This document shows positions 1 through 10,406 of a stretch of DNA of 64,000 nucleotides, one piece after another. The notes below the pieces were generated by a model. It was not told the origin of the DNA. It saw nothing but the letters and a program-made list of their open reading frames with translations, and ran no database searches. The stretch's first letter is position 1, and the number at the start of each line of letters is the position of its first letter. A program made the translations under genes and the position numbers. Where the stretch lies: positions 124,001 through 188,000 of the IMG/VR virus record IMGVR_UViG_3300044712_000810. The stretch is one strand, 5' to 3'.

Positions 1-620
1 GCAAGATCATAATATTCAATAGCTTTATCCGGGTTATTTAAATGATAAAGTTCAATATCACCATATAAAATATTTCCAGTCGGTGAATTAGGTTTTTTAC
101 TGAGTATTTGTTCGACAATTAATTGAGCGACATCATATTTTCCAAATTCCATATTAGTTTTAGCTTTATCAATAAGTTCACTCAATTCACCGTGTGGTTC
201 TATAACATTCGATAATTTTTCAACAAGAACATCAACAGAAACTGGTTTAATTACAAAATTTTTAGCACCAAGTTCATGATAAAGTGCTAATATATTTTTA
301 TGAGTCTCTGTAGTAACTATAATGGTTTTAACATTTTTAAAATTTGATGAAATAGTTCCCAAAATTGAAGTTACAAAACTATTTGAAAAAATCATATCAA
401 ACACAAAAATGATATTATTACTATCACATCGTTTAAGTTTTGAATACAAGTCAAGATCATTTGATGCAAATATAATTCGATCTAAAGTTGCACCAATATA
501 CTTAGTTACTGTAATTTTTAATAATTTGAAAAAACTACTATTTTCACCAAGATAAAATATATATCCATTATTTGAATGAAGATAATCGAAAACTGCTTTG
601 TCGTATTTAGTGTTTTTCAT
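1..620 (-). CDS. Receiver-like domain + TPR protein (runs off the window edge; not in ORF track)
   Basis: Manual translation from ATG 620: MKNTKYDK...IFVFDMIF...IIVTTE...ELGAKNFVIKPVSVDVLVEKL (receiver C-terminal KP motif), then TPR-like helices ..KPNSPTGNILYGD..DKAIEYY; open to base 1. Confidence 0.75.
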   Translation of the reverse strand, partial: MKNTKYDKAVFDYLHSNNGYIFYLGENSSFFKLLKITVTKYIGATLDRIIFASNDLDLYSKLKRCDSNNIIFVFDMIFSNSFVTSILGTISSNFKNVKTIIVTTETHKNILALYHELGAKNFVIKPVSVDVLVEKLSNVIEPHGELSELIDKAKTNMEFGKYDVAQLIVEQILSKKPNSPTGNILYGDIELYHLNNPDKAIEYYDL

Positions 621-623
621 CGA

Positions 624-1088
624 TTATCCTCCATCAGTCATTCTACGTAACTCTGTAAGTATATCTCTTACTTTGTCCGCATCTCCATCGATATCTGTAC
701 GACGTCTTGACATTGTTTGATGAGGACTGTGAACATCACCAAGAAAAATACTTTTCTTCAACGTAGACACGTCAGCTTCTATTTCACTAACTTTGCTTAA
801 AATGGTTTGTTGATTTGTAATAATATTATCAACTTTACCTGTTAAAAGTTTCAAATCATCTGAAACTTCTTTGACTTCGCTTTGGTTGTTTTCAACTAAA
901 TGTTTAGTAACCTCAGTATCAACACTTATAGTTCTAACACTTGCTTCGGTTTTATCAAATGTCAATCTCCATCGAAATTTTAATTCGAATATAAGGGCAA
1001 CTAGCGGAGCCATGCAAGTAATCAGAACCCAAGAAATACCTTGCCAAAACGTCACTGAAAATATTTCTTCTTTTATTGGAAATTCCAT
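624..1088 (-). CDS. Membrane-anchored coiled-coil protein
   Basis: N-terminal TM (GISWVLITCMAPLVALIF), heptad-rich C-terminus; tightly packed in operon. Confidence 0.6.
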   Translation of the reverse strand: MEFPIKEEIFSVTFWQGISWVLITCMAPLVALIFELKFRWRLTFDKTEASVRTISVDTEVTKHLVENNQSEVKEVSDDLKLLTGKVDNIITNQQTILSKVSEIEADVSTLKKSIFLGDVHSPHQTMSRRRTDIDGDADKVRDILTELRRMTDGG

Positions 1089-1090
1089 AT

Positions 1091-1420
1091 TTAATTACCC
1101 GCATTACAATTTTTATCAATCTCTGTTAAAATCAATTTATATGCATTTGGCACATGGTCCGATTTTCTCACATAAGTTTGAATTGCCCTTGGCGAATTCA
1201 ATGGATCAGACTTTTTAACACCGGTTAATTTCTCAAATACAATCTCATCAATACATAAATATATTTGTTCAGATTGTGCGGCTCTACTTTTTATTTGATC
1301 GTTAATATTTTTTGTAACTTGTTTACCATGTATACTATAATATAGCACACATATAAATAAACTTAAAATAGTCAATATAGATCCTATGTAACGTGTCATA
1401 TACACTCCATTAGTAAACAA
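1091..1420 (-). CDS. Small membrane-anchored protein
   Basis: One TM segment; overlaps upstream stop. Confidence 0.55.
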   Translation of the reverse strand: MFTNGVYMTRYIGSILTILSLFICVLYYSIHGKQVTKNINDQIKSRAAQSEQIYLCIDEIVFEKLTGVKKSDPLNSPRAIQTYVRKSDHVPNAYKLILTEIDKNCNAGN

Positions 1421-2444
1421 CTATATCATCAGTGAGTATAAGTTTAGAATATCCTAAATAATGAATTCTATTTAAATTCATACTTATAACACTGGTTGTA
1501 TTAAAAACTTGTGGAGTAACCGGTTTTCCATTGACTAATTTAATTAAAATATCACCAGCTTCTTCACCCATTTTTGAAAAAAATGGACCCACACAAGTTG
1601 ATAATCCAATTTTTGCAAATAGTGGATTTATACTAACTTCAAGATGTCTATTATTATGTTTTAATAATTCTTTAATAATTTCTTCTTTGCTTAATGTTTT
1701 CCCAGTCTCAAAGTTAAGTAATCTTTGTGCGGTGAGCATTATTAAACCAGATGGTTTACTTTGTAATTCATTAAGTGCTTTTTTAAATTGATGTAAAGTT
1801 TCACATTTAATAATGACTGGAGTTTCATTCATACTTTTTAAAATATTTCTATATTCATTAGCTATATATGTACTAGTTTCAGAACCATCGTCCGTTATAA
1901 TATAATATTTATCAATAACAACATTATGTTTCTTTAACATTTTAAAATAAGCAGTCATATTTGGAACTTCACATACACCGTATAAATTTTTAAGATTTAA
2001 TTCCGGTCTTTCAGAAATATAATCATTAATTGGTTTATTAACACCTGAAAAAATGACACGATACTTTGAAGACATTGGAATACCAACATATGAAAATGCG
2101 TTATCATCAGTTACATAAATAAAATCAGGTTTATATTTATTTATTTCAGCAATTGCCGTTTGTGATATGGATTTCATAGATTGTGGTGTAGTATTTTTAA
2201 CATTAGTTTCCATATATATAGCTGAGTAATCGATATCAAAGTTTTCATTTAATGCTGCTTTTATAACTTTTTTAAATCCATCATTTTGCGGATCAGTACA
2301 CACATGACCTTCATCATATGAATTAACAATATAAATTTTTAATAGTCTTTTATTTTCAGGATGTACTTGGACTGGTCCAGTCAAAATAATAGCAACGAAA
2401 ATAATAAAACTAAATAATATTTTTGACCAAGACCGAATATTCAT
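1410..2444 (-). CDS. Periplasmic ABC-type substrate-binding-like sensor protein
   Basis: Signal anchor; motifs PDFIYVTDDNA, VIFSGVN, GVCE, KMGEEAG..L.KLVNGKP typical of ABC_sub_bind-like sensory domains. Confidence 0.65.
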   Translation of the reverse strand: MNIRSWSKILFSFIIFVAIILTGPVQVHPENKRLLKIYIVNSYDEGHVCTDPQNDGFKKVIKAALNENFDIDYSAIYMETNVKNTTPQSMKSISQTAIAEINKYKPDFIYVTDDNAFSYVGIPMSSKYRVIFSGVNKPINDYISERPELNLKNLYGVCEVPNMTAYFKMLKKHNVVIDKYYIITDDGSETSTYIANEYRNILKSMNETPVIIKCETLHQFKKALNELQSKPSGLIMLTAQRLLNFETGKTLSKEEIIKELLKHNNRHLEVSINPLFAKIGLSTCVGPFFSKMGEEAGDILIKLVNGKPVTPQVFNTTSVISMNLNRIHYLGYSKLILTDDIVVY

Positions 2445-3082
2445 TATATATCTCCTAAAATTTCCAATATTTTATTTTTTGTTGTTTCGTCAAGAGTTTC
2501 TGCTAACTCTTTAAATTTAGTAATATGAATACTACATCTATTAATTTCAGATAATTGTGTTTCAACATTATCTGCAATCAATACAGTTGCATATGCTATA
2601 CCATCAGCATCATACAATAAACTACATGTAAATTTATAATGAGCTTTTAATGTTTCACAATATAAAATTGATGAAGATCTTTCTTTTTCAATTATACATT
2701 TTTTACGAGGACACTCAGTTGATGATACTTGGCCGAAACCAAAAAAATCATCAACTGTTCTTCCAAGAAAATCTTTATATCTAATATTAAATAATTCTTT
2801 AACTGCTTGGTTTGCACGCATTATGCGCCCGTCTAAATCTGTAATTACGATTAAATATGGTATTGCATCAAACGTATGTTCCCATTCAAGTTTCGCATCA
2901 TAAATCAATTTATTAGTCAGTGATAACTCTTCAAGTGTTTCAGATAATTTATCAACAAGTTCACTAATTTTTGAATTCTTCATATCATTTTCTTCAATTT
3001 GTTTAATATACGTTTGACACGATTCTTCCATTTTAATCATTTCTTCTCTACGTTCATCTGGTGACATATTTATTTTCCTCAA
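2444..3082 (-). CDS. Coiled-coil + PAS domain protein
   Basis: EWEHTFDAIPYLIVITDLDGRIMRANQA...FLGRT..DFFG...CP is a classic PAS signature. Confidence 0.75.
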   Translation of the reverse strand: MRKINMSPDERREEMIKMEESCQTYIKQIEENDMKNSKISELVDKLSETLEELSLTNKLIYDAKLEWEHTFDAIPYLIVITDLDGRIMRANQAVKELFNIRYKDFLGRTVDDFFGFGQVSSTECPRKKCIIEKERSSSILYCETLKAHYKFTCSLLYDADGIAYATVLIADNVETQLSEINRCSIHITKFKELAETLDETTKNKILEILGDI

Positions 3083-3501
3083 CTACCAACAACGGTGTCA
3101 TCTTTTAATAAATTTCGACTTAATAATAATTTGGTTATACAAACTATTATTCTATATTTAATGAGTTCCATTTCATGATGTTTAAAGAAAAAATCATCAG
3201 CACCAAGTTTAATTGCTTTTGAAATATCTTTAAATGAAGTTGAAACTGAACTGACAATAATATAACAGTCTAAGTCACCATCATGACGCATTTTATTTAA
3301 TGCTGGAAGAATATGAAATCCGGTTGTTCCAGGCATAATAAGGTCTAATAAAATGATATCAGGTTTAATTTCATTACATAATTTTAAACATTCTTCGCCA
3401 TTTCTGGCCTCATAAACTTCAAAATCATATAATTCAAGAAGGCCTTTATAGGTTGTTCTTGTCAGCTCGTCATCGTCGACTACTAATATTTTAAATATCA
3501 T
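3079..3501 (-). CDS. Single-domain response regulator (receiver)
   Basis: KILVVDDD...PDIILLDLIMPG..G...GADDFFFK. Confidence 0.85.
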   Translation of the reverse strand: MIFKILVVDDDELTRTTYKGLLELYDFEVYEARNGEECLKLCNEIKPDIILLDLIMPGTTGFHILPALNKMRHDGDLDCYIIVSSVSTSFKDISKAIKLGADDFFFKHHEMELIKYRIIVCITKLLLSRNLLKDDTVVGS

Positions 3502-3513
3502 GACACCCTCAAG

Positions 3514-3696
3514 TTATTGAATATTACGATTATTTTCCTGATTTTGTTTTTGAGCTACTTTAGACATGCCAGACACTTTCTTTAATTCATCCGAATCCTG
3601 TTTACCGCCATCGTTTTTAGATAACTCAGTAACATTGTCATATGGATTCGAAACAATTTCATCATACTCAACTAATACTTTTATAACGGAAATCAT
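3514..3696 (-). CDS. Small protein with MISVIKVLVE leader
   Basis: ORF with RBS; shares N-terminal leader with other late genes. Confidence 0.5.
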   Translation of the reverse strand: MISVIKVLVEYDEIVSNPYDNVTELSKNDGGKQDSDELKKVSGMSKVAQKQNQENNRNIQ

Positions 3697-3706
3697 TATT
3701 ATCTCC

Positions 3707-3967
3707 TTATCTAAGAACTTGTCTTGCTTTTATTTTAGCTCTAGAACCAAGTTTCTTACGCATTCTATCTTTTACTATATTTAATTGTTGACGATAGAAT
3801 TGATATTTCTTATAATCCATTTGATCGGATTTCTTTGCCATGAATACTGTTTCACGACCAGCTAAACGTGAACGTTTTTGAATTGCACCAGATCTAATCA
3901 TACTTGTTTTTACTTCTGCTAATATCATACCAGAAGTAATAGCCTCAAATAAACTATCAAAATTCAT
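3707..3967 (-). CDS. Basic hypothetical protein
   Basis: GGAG RBS; K/R-rich. Confidence 0.6.
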   Translation of the reverse strand: MNFDSLFEAITSGMILAEVKTSMIRSGAIQKRSRLAGRETVFMAKKSDQMDYKKYQFYRQQLNIVKDRMRKKLGSRAKIKARQVLR

Positions 3968-4027
3968 AGTTCCTCCAATAAAATCTGCAATACAGATATG
4001 ACTAAAAATATCTGTATTGCAGACATA

Positions 4028-5863
4028 TTATGCAAAAATATTTTGTTCTAATTCCATATTATGAAGTCTACGACTTAATTCATCAAATGCAATATTTGAT
4101 GTTCCAACATTTACATTTAACCAATTTTTTGGATATGTTGGTGTATATGAAATATGTGCTGCTGATCTGAATAATAGTTTCGATCCATTAACAGATCCTC
4201 CATAAACACCATCAATTATTGTATATGAGTTATTACATTCAACGGATGTCCCACCATTAATAGTTACAGAAAACAAACCATTCGGATTTTGTAAAAGGGG
4301 ATTATTATTTAAATCAAGTGCAATCGGACCTTGGGCATTAATTATCGAACCAGAAAACAGGTTTACTATCCCACCAGTTGCTTCTATTACTGCACGTGTT
4401 GTTTGATTTCCATCAATTGCAAAACTGTGCATTGCGAAGTTTCCACCAGTTATACGAATATTAGGATAATCACCTGAGCAAAAACCTTTAACACCAACAA
4501 GATTAATTACACCATTTGATATGATTAATGGTGAATTTGTAGCAACTGCATTACTATTTAAAGTAATATTGTTTCCATAAAATCCACCACTATTAGTAAC
4601 GGTGCCTTCACACTTAAAATTAGAAACATATGCTTGTGCACTTAATAATGAAACATTACCATTAACAGTAATATCTTTAATTCCAACTTCCACATTAGAT
4701 GCTGTTAAATTGCCATGTATAATAGTAGATGTCTGTCCTAATCCCATAAGTACACAGTTATCATCAATATAAACATCTTCATTATATGTACCCGGCATAA
4801 CAAGTATACAATATGAACCAGACATATAATCAATACATGATGTAATACTTTTAAATGGTTTTGCAACAGTACCATCTGGAGAATATACATCAATACGATT
4901 ACAGTCAACATATCTTAAAGTAGTTGTTTTAATATCTAATGTCGATCTATTTAATTTATAAATAAGATTATCTAATGCATTATATATTGTTGTTGGGACA
5001 GTATTTCCCCATTCCGAAGATGTAGCCGGTGAATAATTAATAGATGCTTTATGTGTTAATTCATCAGCAAGAGTATCAACAGCCTGTGGAATAGTTGTCG
5101 GTAACGGTAATGTCCAATCATTAGGATCAGATGGTATATATTGTAACAAATCCTGTGTTGATGGATTTATAGCAACCCAACTCGATCCATCATTTGATAT
5201 TTCCCATCTGTTTTCAGTCTCATTATATTTAAGACCAACAGTTGGTTGATTTCCACGTTTGACATAAATACCAACATCCTCATATGGAGTTCCACTAATA
5301 AAATCTTTATTAAGAGTAAATGTTGGTGACGGAGTTCCATCAATATCGGCTGTTGTTGATTGTAAATCAATTATTGTTTGTGAATCAACTTTATTATCTA
5401 ATATCGACTGTAAACCAGTAATATTAGATATATTATGTGCATCTGGATTATTTCGACCAATACTATTTGTATGATCAGAAAATGGAGTTTTAAAAAATGG
5501 GCGAACATCAAAAATAGAAGTATCTGTAATTCTATCAGTATCTTGTTCAACAAATATTAATGCTAACGGAAAATCATTTGTTGGAATATCTGGAGGAATC
5601 GGATTTTTAGATTCTGGACCATATGATATTCTTATTTCGCCACCCATGGTTAATGATATAAGTGTCCATCTAGCATTTACAGCTGGTGGAGATATAGTAA
5701 ATGATTGTCCACCAACAAATTCAATATACTTCGTACCGTGATAAAAACCACCATCAGACACTCTAATCTTCATATTTGCTGGTGAATTAGCAGTAACTTT
5801 TAATGTAGCAAAATGAGCATTAGAGCGCCTTAACGTATCACCATATGGAGGTAGCGCTATCAT
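4028..5863 (-). CDS. Virion/tail-associated protein with pectin-lyase-like beta-helix
   Basis: DGTVAKPFKSI...ILVMPGTYNEDV motif followed by N/G/T-rich beta-helix pattern. Confidence 0.65.
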   Translation of the reverse strand: MIALPPYGDTLRRSNAHFATLKVTANSPANMKIRVSDGGFYHGTKYIEFVGGQSFTISPPAVNARWTLISLTMGGEIRISYGPESKNPIPPDIPTNDFPLALIFVEQDTDRITDTSIFDVRPFFKTPFSDHTNSIGRNNPDAHNISNITGLQSILDNKVDSQTIIDLQSTTADIDGTPSPTFTLNKDFISGTPYEDVGIYVKRGNQPTVGLKYNETENRWEISNDGSSWVAINPSTQDLLQYIPSDPNDWTLPLPTTIPQAVDTLADELTHKASINYSPATSSEWGNTVPTTIYNALDNLIYKLNRSTLDIKTTTLRYVDCNRIDVYSPDGTVAKPFKSITSCIDYMSGSYCILVMPGTYNEDVYIDDNCVLMGLGQTSTIIHGNLTASNVEVGIKDITVNGNVSLLSAQAYVSNFKCEGTVTNSGGFYGNNITLNSNAVATNSPLIISNGVINLVGVKGFCSGDYPNIRITGGNFAMHSFAIDGNQTTRAVIEATGGIVNLFSGSIINAQGPIALDLNNNPLLQNPNGLFSVTINGGTSVECNNSYTIIDGVYGGSVNGSKLLFRSAAHISYTPTYPKNWLNVNVGTSNIAFDELSRRLHNMELEQNIFA

Positions 5864-5873
5864 GAATCACCTC

Positions 5874-6350
5874 TTATCTGTAGTCGGCTGTACTTAATTG
5901 TTCTACAACTATTGTACTTGTTCCTTCTACACATTTTATAATAACTTTAGTACAACGACGGAACATAAGTAATATTTCATTAACAACACCACCAATAATA
6001 CTATGTGGATTTGTTGTTTCTGATTCTAAATAAATTTCAAATAAACTATTTGGCGATACGGCAACAAAACGTAACGCACTAGTATGTTCAATATTAATAT
6101 CAATTGTTTCTGTATCACCGGCTGTCATTCCAGTAAATTTATGTGTTGATAATACTGGATTATATAAATCGGTAGTTGGATCAAGCATAAGCATATGTGG
6201 ATAATGTGCTGGATCAATGAAATAATCAATACTTTTTACTTCAGATGATTTAAAAGTATGGTTCATGTATCCAAATACTTTATCAGAATCGTTTTGATAC
6301 TTTGGCATGTATAACACTCCTAGAAATTTAGTGGGGGCATCCCATGACAC
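5874..6350 (-). CDS. Hypothetical protein (start may be ATG 6308)
   Basis: 158-aa ORF in the late operon; GGAG lies 8 nt upstream of ATG 6308. Confidence 0.55.
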   Translation of the reverse strand: MSWDAPTKFLGVLYMPKYQNDSDKVFGYMNHTFKSSEVKSIDYFIDPAHYPHMLMLDPTTDLYNPVLSTHKFTGMTAGDTETIDINIEHTSALRFVAVSPNSLFEIYLESETTNPHSIIGGVVNEILLMFRRCTKVIIKCVEGTSTIVVEQLSTADYR

Positions 6351-6400
6351 CCCCTATTTAAAGAGACCTGTCGCTGGAGGGGTAGTAACCGGTCTCTTCG

Positions 6401-6973
6401 TTACGACAATTTTGAAAAATCATTTCTAACATTATTAACTCTGTTAGCCCATCCACGTAAAAACTCTTTAAGTTTTGGTTTCTTTTCAGCTAAATCATGA
6501 TAAAACTGTAAGCGTTCAAGTAAATATTCATCATCCATATATGATTTATCTTGAATTGCATTATATGCAGCAAGAGTTCCAGGACCAATACGTCCATCAA
6601 CCGCAATATTATTATTGTTATAACGATTAATAACTTTTTGAAGTAAACGTAATCCTGTACCTGGACCAGCATTAACAATCATATCAAACATCGCATATTG
6701 AAGATTGATATTTTCCTCATAACGATCCAAGTCATATTCATCCCAAAAATATTTCTTATATATTTTTATCGCATCTTCTTCTGATAAATTCTTAATATCA
6801 TTTGCATCAATATCGCCATCTTTATCAATATCACCAATTTCTGTATCATGGGTTCCGGCCAAAAATCTTAAACTAATGCCTCGATTAGTTGCTCCGCCGG
6901 GGTCATTAGGATTATTTACCCATCCACCTTCATGAACTAATACTAATGGAATTATTTTGTCAAAGTTTGACAT
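6401..6973 (-). CDS. Endolysin, glycoside hydrolase family 108 + peptidoglycan-binding domain
   Basis: HEGGWVNNPNDPGGATNRGIS catalytic motif; FDMIVNAG, VDGRIGPGTL, FLRGWANRV. Confidence 0.9.
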   Translation of the reverse strand: MSNFDKIIPLVLVHEGGWVNNPNDPGGATNRGISLRFLAGTHDTEIGDIDKDGDIDANDIKNLSEEDAIKIYKKYFWDEYDLDRYEENINLQYAMFDMIVNAGPGTGLRLLQKVINRYNNNNIAVDGRIGPGTLAAYNAIQDKSYMDDEYLLERLQFYHDLAEKKPKLKEFLRGWANRVNNVRNDFSKLS

Positions 6974-6983
6974 AACTTATCTC

Positions 6984-7526
6984 CTATTTAAATCCAAAAA
7001 ATGCAACAGTTGCTATATTAGTTAAAAATAACAATGTTGATAGACCTTTATTCATAAAATTATCAACTTTATGATCATGTCTTTCTTCTCTATATCTATT
7101 TTCACTATCAACCCAAAGATCTCTATATGCTAACGCTTTTAATCTTTCGAGTTCTAAAAATTCTTTATATGCATTAATAGTGTCGATATGTATATTAACT
7201 AATGCTTCTTGTTCCAATACTATGTGTTTATATGTTTTTGTTAATTCAAGTAAAGCTGCAATTTTTCTATATTCATTGAAATCAAACAAAACAACATTCG
7301 CTTGATTTGCATCTTCAGTAAATGAAATTTTATTACCATTAAGAATAGCAAGCTTTCTTTCTGGTCTATCTGGTTTAGGAATATCTTTTAATTTATCCTG
7401 CACATTATACTTTGCAGTTTTTTCAAATTTTAATTCTGGCGGCTTATAAGGTTCAAACTTTGTTGCAGCACAACCAGGTAATAATATAGATAATATTAAC
7501 AAAAACACAACACTTTTACGAATCAT
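6984..7526 (-). CDS. Lipoprotein, o-spanin-like
   Basis: Start reassigned to ATG 7526 (GGAG RBS); MIRKSVVFLLILSILLPGC lipobox; adjacent to endolysin. Confidence 0.55.
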   Translation of the reverse strand: MIRKSVVFLLILSILLPGCAATKFEPYKPPELKFEKTAKYNVQDKLKDIPKPDRPERKLAILNGNKISFTEDANQANVVLFDFNEYRKIAALLELTKTYKHIVLEQEALVNIHIDTINAYKEFLELERLKALAYRDLWVDSENRYREERHDHKVDNFMNKGLSTLLFLTNIATVAFFGFK

Positions 7527-7570
7527 ACTTTCTCCACAAATATATAGAAATAGTTTACTAAGGAGGACAT

Positions 7571-7714
7571 ATGTCCAAAGAACTAACAAAGTTAATAAAA
7601 GACTGGACATTCTATCGAAAGATGGGATATCCAAGAATGGCAGAAGTCATTGATAAAAAAATACGCGAATACTTCAAAAAACACAACATTGAAGTATTAC
7701 CAAGAAAAAGATAG
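7571..7714 (+). CDS. 47-aa basic early peptide inside the lysis cassette
   Basis: Motif TATATAGAAAT at 7541, AGGAGG at 7561, MSKELTKLIKDWTFYRKMGYP... Confidence 0.65.
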   Translation: MSKELTKLIKDWTFYRKMGYPRMAEVIDKKIREYFKKHNIEVLPRKR

Positions 7715-7725
7715 GACTACACATC

Positions 7726-7956
7726 CTACTTTTTCATACCTTCTTTTTTTGCTTGATTTTCCATCTTTTCAAGACGATCATAATAATCAGGTATTTCTGA
7801 TAAATGATCTTTAGCTATTGCTATTGCTACAGTTGGACTATTAGTGTGTTCCTTTTCTATTTTAACACCATGTTTTAATTCTTTATTATTGAAGGTTTTA
7901 TCAGGCACCCTGTCGTGCCTCCCAACATGTTGCAGAGTCTTTATAACACTTATCAT
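7726..7956 (-). CDS. DUF5661-like protein
   Basis: GVKIEKEHT...IAKDHLSEIPDYYDRLEKME matches a family recalled from large viruses. Confidence 0.7.
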   Translation of the reverse strand: MISVIKTLQHVGRHDRVPDKTFNNKELKHGVKIEKEHTNSPTVAIAIAKDHLSEIPDYYDRLEKMENQAKKEGMKK

Positions 7957-8320
7957 ATTTTGTTCCTAAATATTTTAAAATTATTTTACGAATATCACCA
8001 TATGAATATGGTTTAAAAATAATTTCATTAAATCCTGCTTGTTTCATTTCAAATATTGCTTCATCATCAGTAAATGCAGTTTGAGCTATAATCGGAGTTG
8101 AATAATTTGAATCTCTAATAAACTGTGCTATTTCAATTCCGTTTATATTAGGAAGTTGTATATCTAATAAAAATAAATCATATGTATTATTCATTATTTT
8201 ATTAATAGCTTCATAACCATCGTCGCATACATCATAATCCAAACCAAGTTTATCACAAATAGTCATTAAATACATTTCGTTGACTGCATTATCTTCTACT
8301 ATTAATATTCTAGGTCGCAT
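7901..8320 (-). CDS. Response regulator receiver (hybrid-kinase type)
   Basis: RILIVEDNAVN, DLFLLDIQLPNINGIE, PIIAQTA, IIFKPY. Confidence 0.9.
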   Translation of the reverse strand: MRPRILIVEDNAVNEMYLMTICDKLGLDYDVCDDGYEAINKIMNNTYDLFLLDIQLPNINGIEIAQFIRDSNYSTPIIAQTAFTDDEAIFEMKQAGFNEIIFKPYSYGDIRKIILKYLGTKYDKCYKDSATCWEARQGA

Positions 8321-8332
8321 GGACCACCTACT

Positions 8333-9871
8333 TTAGTCAATACGTTCAAATGGCAAAATAACTGAAAATACAGTTCCTTTACCAGGTTCACTACAAACGT
8401 GAATAGACCCTCCCATAAGTTCAATAAAACGAAGACAGATATTTAATCCTAGTCCAGTTCCAACGATAGTTTTAGTAAAACTAGTTTCAACTCTTGAAAA
8501 ACTATCAAAAATTTTATCTTGATATGGAGAAGGAATTCCAATACCGGAGTCTTCAACATTTAATCGAAGTTTATTATTTGATATTAATGATATGTGTAAA
8601 TTAACAAAACCTTTTTCTGTAAATTTAATAGCATTTCCTAATAAATTTATAAGAACTTGTTTAAATTTACTATCATCAATTTTAATAGATTGTGGTATAT
8701 CATCATCAATTTTAATATCAAATGTTAAACCTTTTTCTAATGTTTGTAATGTAACAATATTAGTCACAGATGAAACGCATCTTCTGAATACAGTTGATTT
8801 TGGTTCAAATTTATGAATACCATTTTCTATTTTAGATAAATCTAATATATCTTCAATTAATGCTAATAATGTTTTTGTTGCCTTTTTAGCATTACTTAAA
8901 TATATTTTTTGTTTTTCTAAATCTGTAGTATGAGAAAGTATTTCAATCATACCAAATACACCATTTAATGGTGTTCTAATTTCATGTGACATATTAGCTA
9001 AGAATGTACTTTTAGTTCTATTTGCATATTCAGCATGTTCTTTTGCTATTTGTAATTCTTTTACAGTATTTTGCAATTCATATACACGATCATCAATTAT
9101 TTGAAATAAATCCATTTCACGTTTTATAAGTCGATTTAAAAGATACATTGCTAAAATTAAAATAACAAACGTAAAGAATATAATTAAAATCGTTTTAAAT
9201 AACATATCAGAGAAATGAACTTCAAAATCGAAAATTTCAAAAATCTTACGTTCAGATAAACTTACACCAATAGTTAAATATATATCTGAATTATTTAATT
9301 TAAATGATCTCCAAGAAATATATTCTTTACCAAGATCATGTGACCATATATACCAATCATTACCATTAGTTGAATTTGAAATTCCAGAAAATAAATTATC
9401 AATATTCTTAGCACCACTCCAAATTTGATTTTTGAATACCGTTTTAATGTCATCTTGGTTTGGATGATTTCGATAATCTTTATCATATATAACCATTTCT
9501 GGAGTATACATAAATACATCATTACTATTAAATAGTTGAATATCATCAACAAAATATGGAACAATAAATTCATTTATAATCTTTAAATCAGGACAATCTG
9601 GTCTACTTTTCTTTTTTAATTCAAACTCTAATTGTATATTTTGTTCAATTATTTTTAAAAATTCATTTTCTAATAAATAAATACCATTAACGGCACTTCG
9701 AACTTCCCGATCATTATGTTCAAAATAATAATACACAAAAGTACAAGCTTGTACTATCCATATTACTGGCATTAGGATCTTTAAGATCTGATTTATCATA
9801 CGAATTTTATTTTTCATTTTATATCCTACTTTATAAATCGTCTTTATTCCATCCTTTATTAACGGCATCAT
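8333..9871 (-). CDS. Membrane sensor histidine kinase
   Basis: Two TMs flanking an extracytoplasmic domain; H-box [16 protein letters not shown]-box [15 protein letters not shown]1 [10 protein letters not shown]2 GTGLGL. Confidence 0.93.
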   Translation of the reverse strand: MMPLIKDGIKTIYKVGYKMKNKIRMINQILKILMPVIWIVQACTFVYYYFEHNDREVRSAVNGIYLLENEFLKIIEQNIQLEFELKKKSRPDCPDLKIINEFIVPYFVDDIQLFNSNDVFMYTPEMVIYDKDYRNHPNQDDIKTVFKNQIWSGAKNIDNLFSGISNSTNGNDWYIWSHDLGKEYISWRSFKLNNSDIYLTIGVSLSERKIFEIFDFEVHFSDMLFKTILIIFFTFVILILAMYLLNRLIKREMDLFQIIDDRVYELQNTVKELQIAKEHAEYANRTKSTFLANMSHEIRTPLNGVFGMIEILSHTTDLEKQKIYLSNAKKATKTLLALIEDILDLSKIENGIHKFEPKSTVFRRCVSSVTNIVTLQTLEKGLTFDIKIDDDIPQSIKIDDSKFKQVLINLLGNAIKFTEKGFVNLHISLISNNKLRLNVEDSGIGIPSPYQDKIFDSFSRVETSFTKTIVGTGLGLNICLRFIELMGGSIHVCSEPGKGTVFSVILPFERID

Positions 9872-10193
9872 CTATTTTTTGATGGTCGGTTTCTTTCATA
9901 ATATTATCTATTTTTGCGGCAGCTTCATCAACAGTTTTACGAATAAGTACTTGTTTCTCAACAGATTGATTTTCTAATCCTTTTATATTCGCTTCTATCT
10001 TTGCTTGTTCCGCTTGAATAGATTCTATCTTTTTCATACCTTCATCTTGTTTTTGCGTATGTAAAATATCTTTTAAATCTGATAATTTTCCAGATTTAAA
10101 CCAATTTAAGATATAAAATCCACCACCAAATAATAATACAGAACCAAATCCATATTTAATTATATTTGTCCAGTCCAACATTTGACCGTCCAT
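9831..10193 (-). CDS. N-terminally anchored coiled-coil protein, i-spanin-like
   Basis: Single N-terminal TM then coiled coil; upstream of lipoprotein and endolysin. Confidence 0.45.
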   Translation of the reverse strand: MDGQMLDWTNIIKYGFGSVLLFGGGFYILNWFKSGKLSDLKDILHTQKQDEGMKKIESIQAEQAKIEANIKGLENQSVEKQVLIRKTVDEAAAKIDNIMKETDHQKIDDAVNKGWNKDDL

Positions 10194-10202
10194 AATAACT
10201 CC

Positions 10203-10406
10203 TTAAACTTTAGTCTCTTGTGGTTTAGTTTTTATAGGTTTGATTTGATTTTTTGTCATATCATGTTTATCTAATGAATCATTATTAACTTGTACATGTA
10301 ATTTATTTCCAGCGTACCCTGGATTATTTTTTAATTTATGATATGGTTTTTTGGTTTTATCATTATCATTTTTAAAAGGTACTAAATTTTCAATTATTGA
10401 AATCAT
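10203..10406 (-). CDS. Small basic protein with MISIIENL leader
   Basis: ORF coupled to upstream gene. Confidence 0.5.
   Translation of the reverse strand: MISIIENLVPFKNDNDKTKKPYHKLKNNPGYAGNKLHVQVNNDSLDKHDMTKNQIKPIKTKPQETKV

Noticed and set aside
6348-6398. Hairpin with potential pseudoknot to a downstream GGGG tract after the endolysin
   Set aside because: The 8-bp stem is real, but the second helix is only about 5 bp and the likely RBS of the next gene lies elsewhere; no riboswitch consensus matches.
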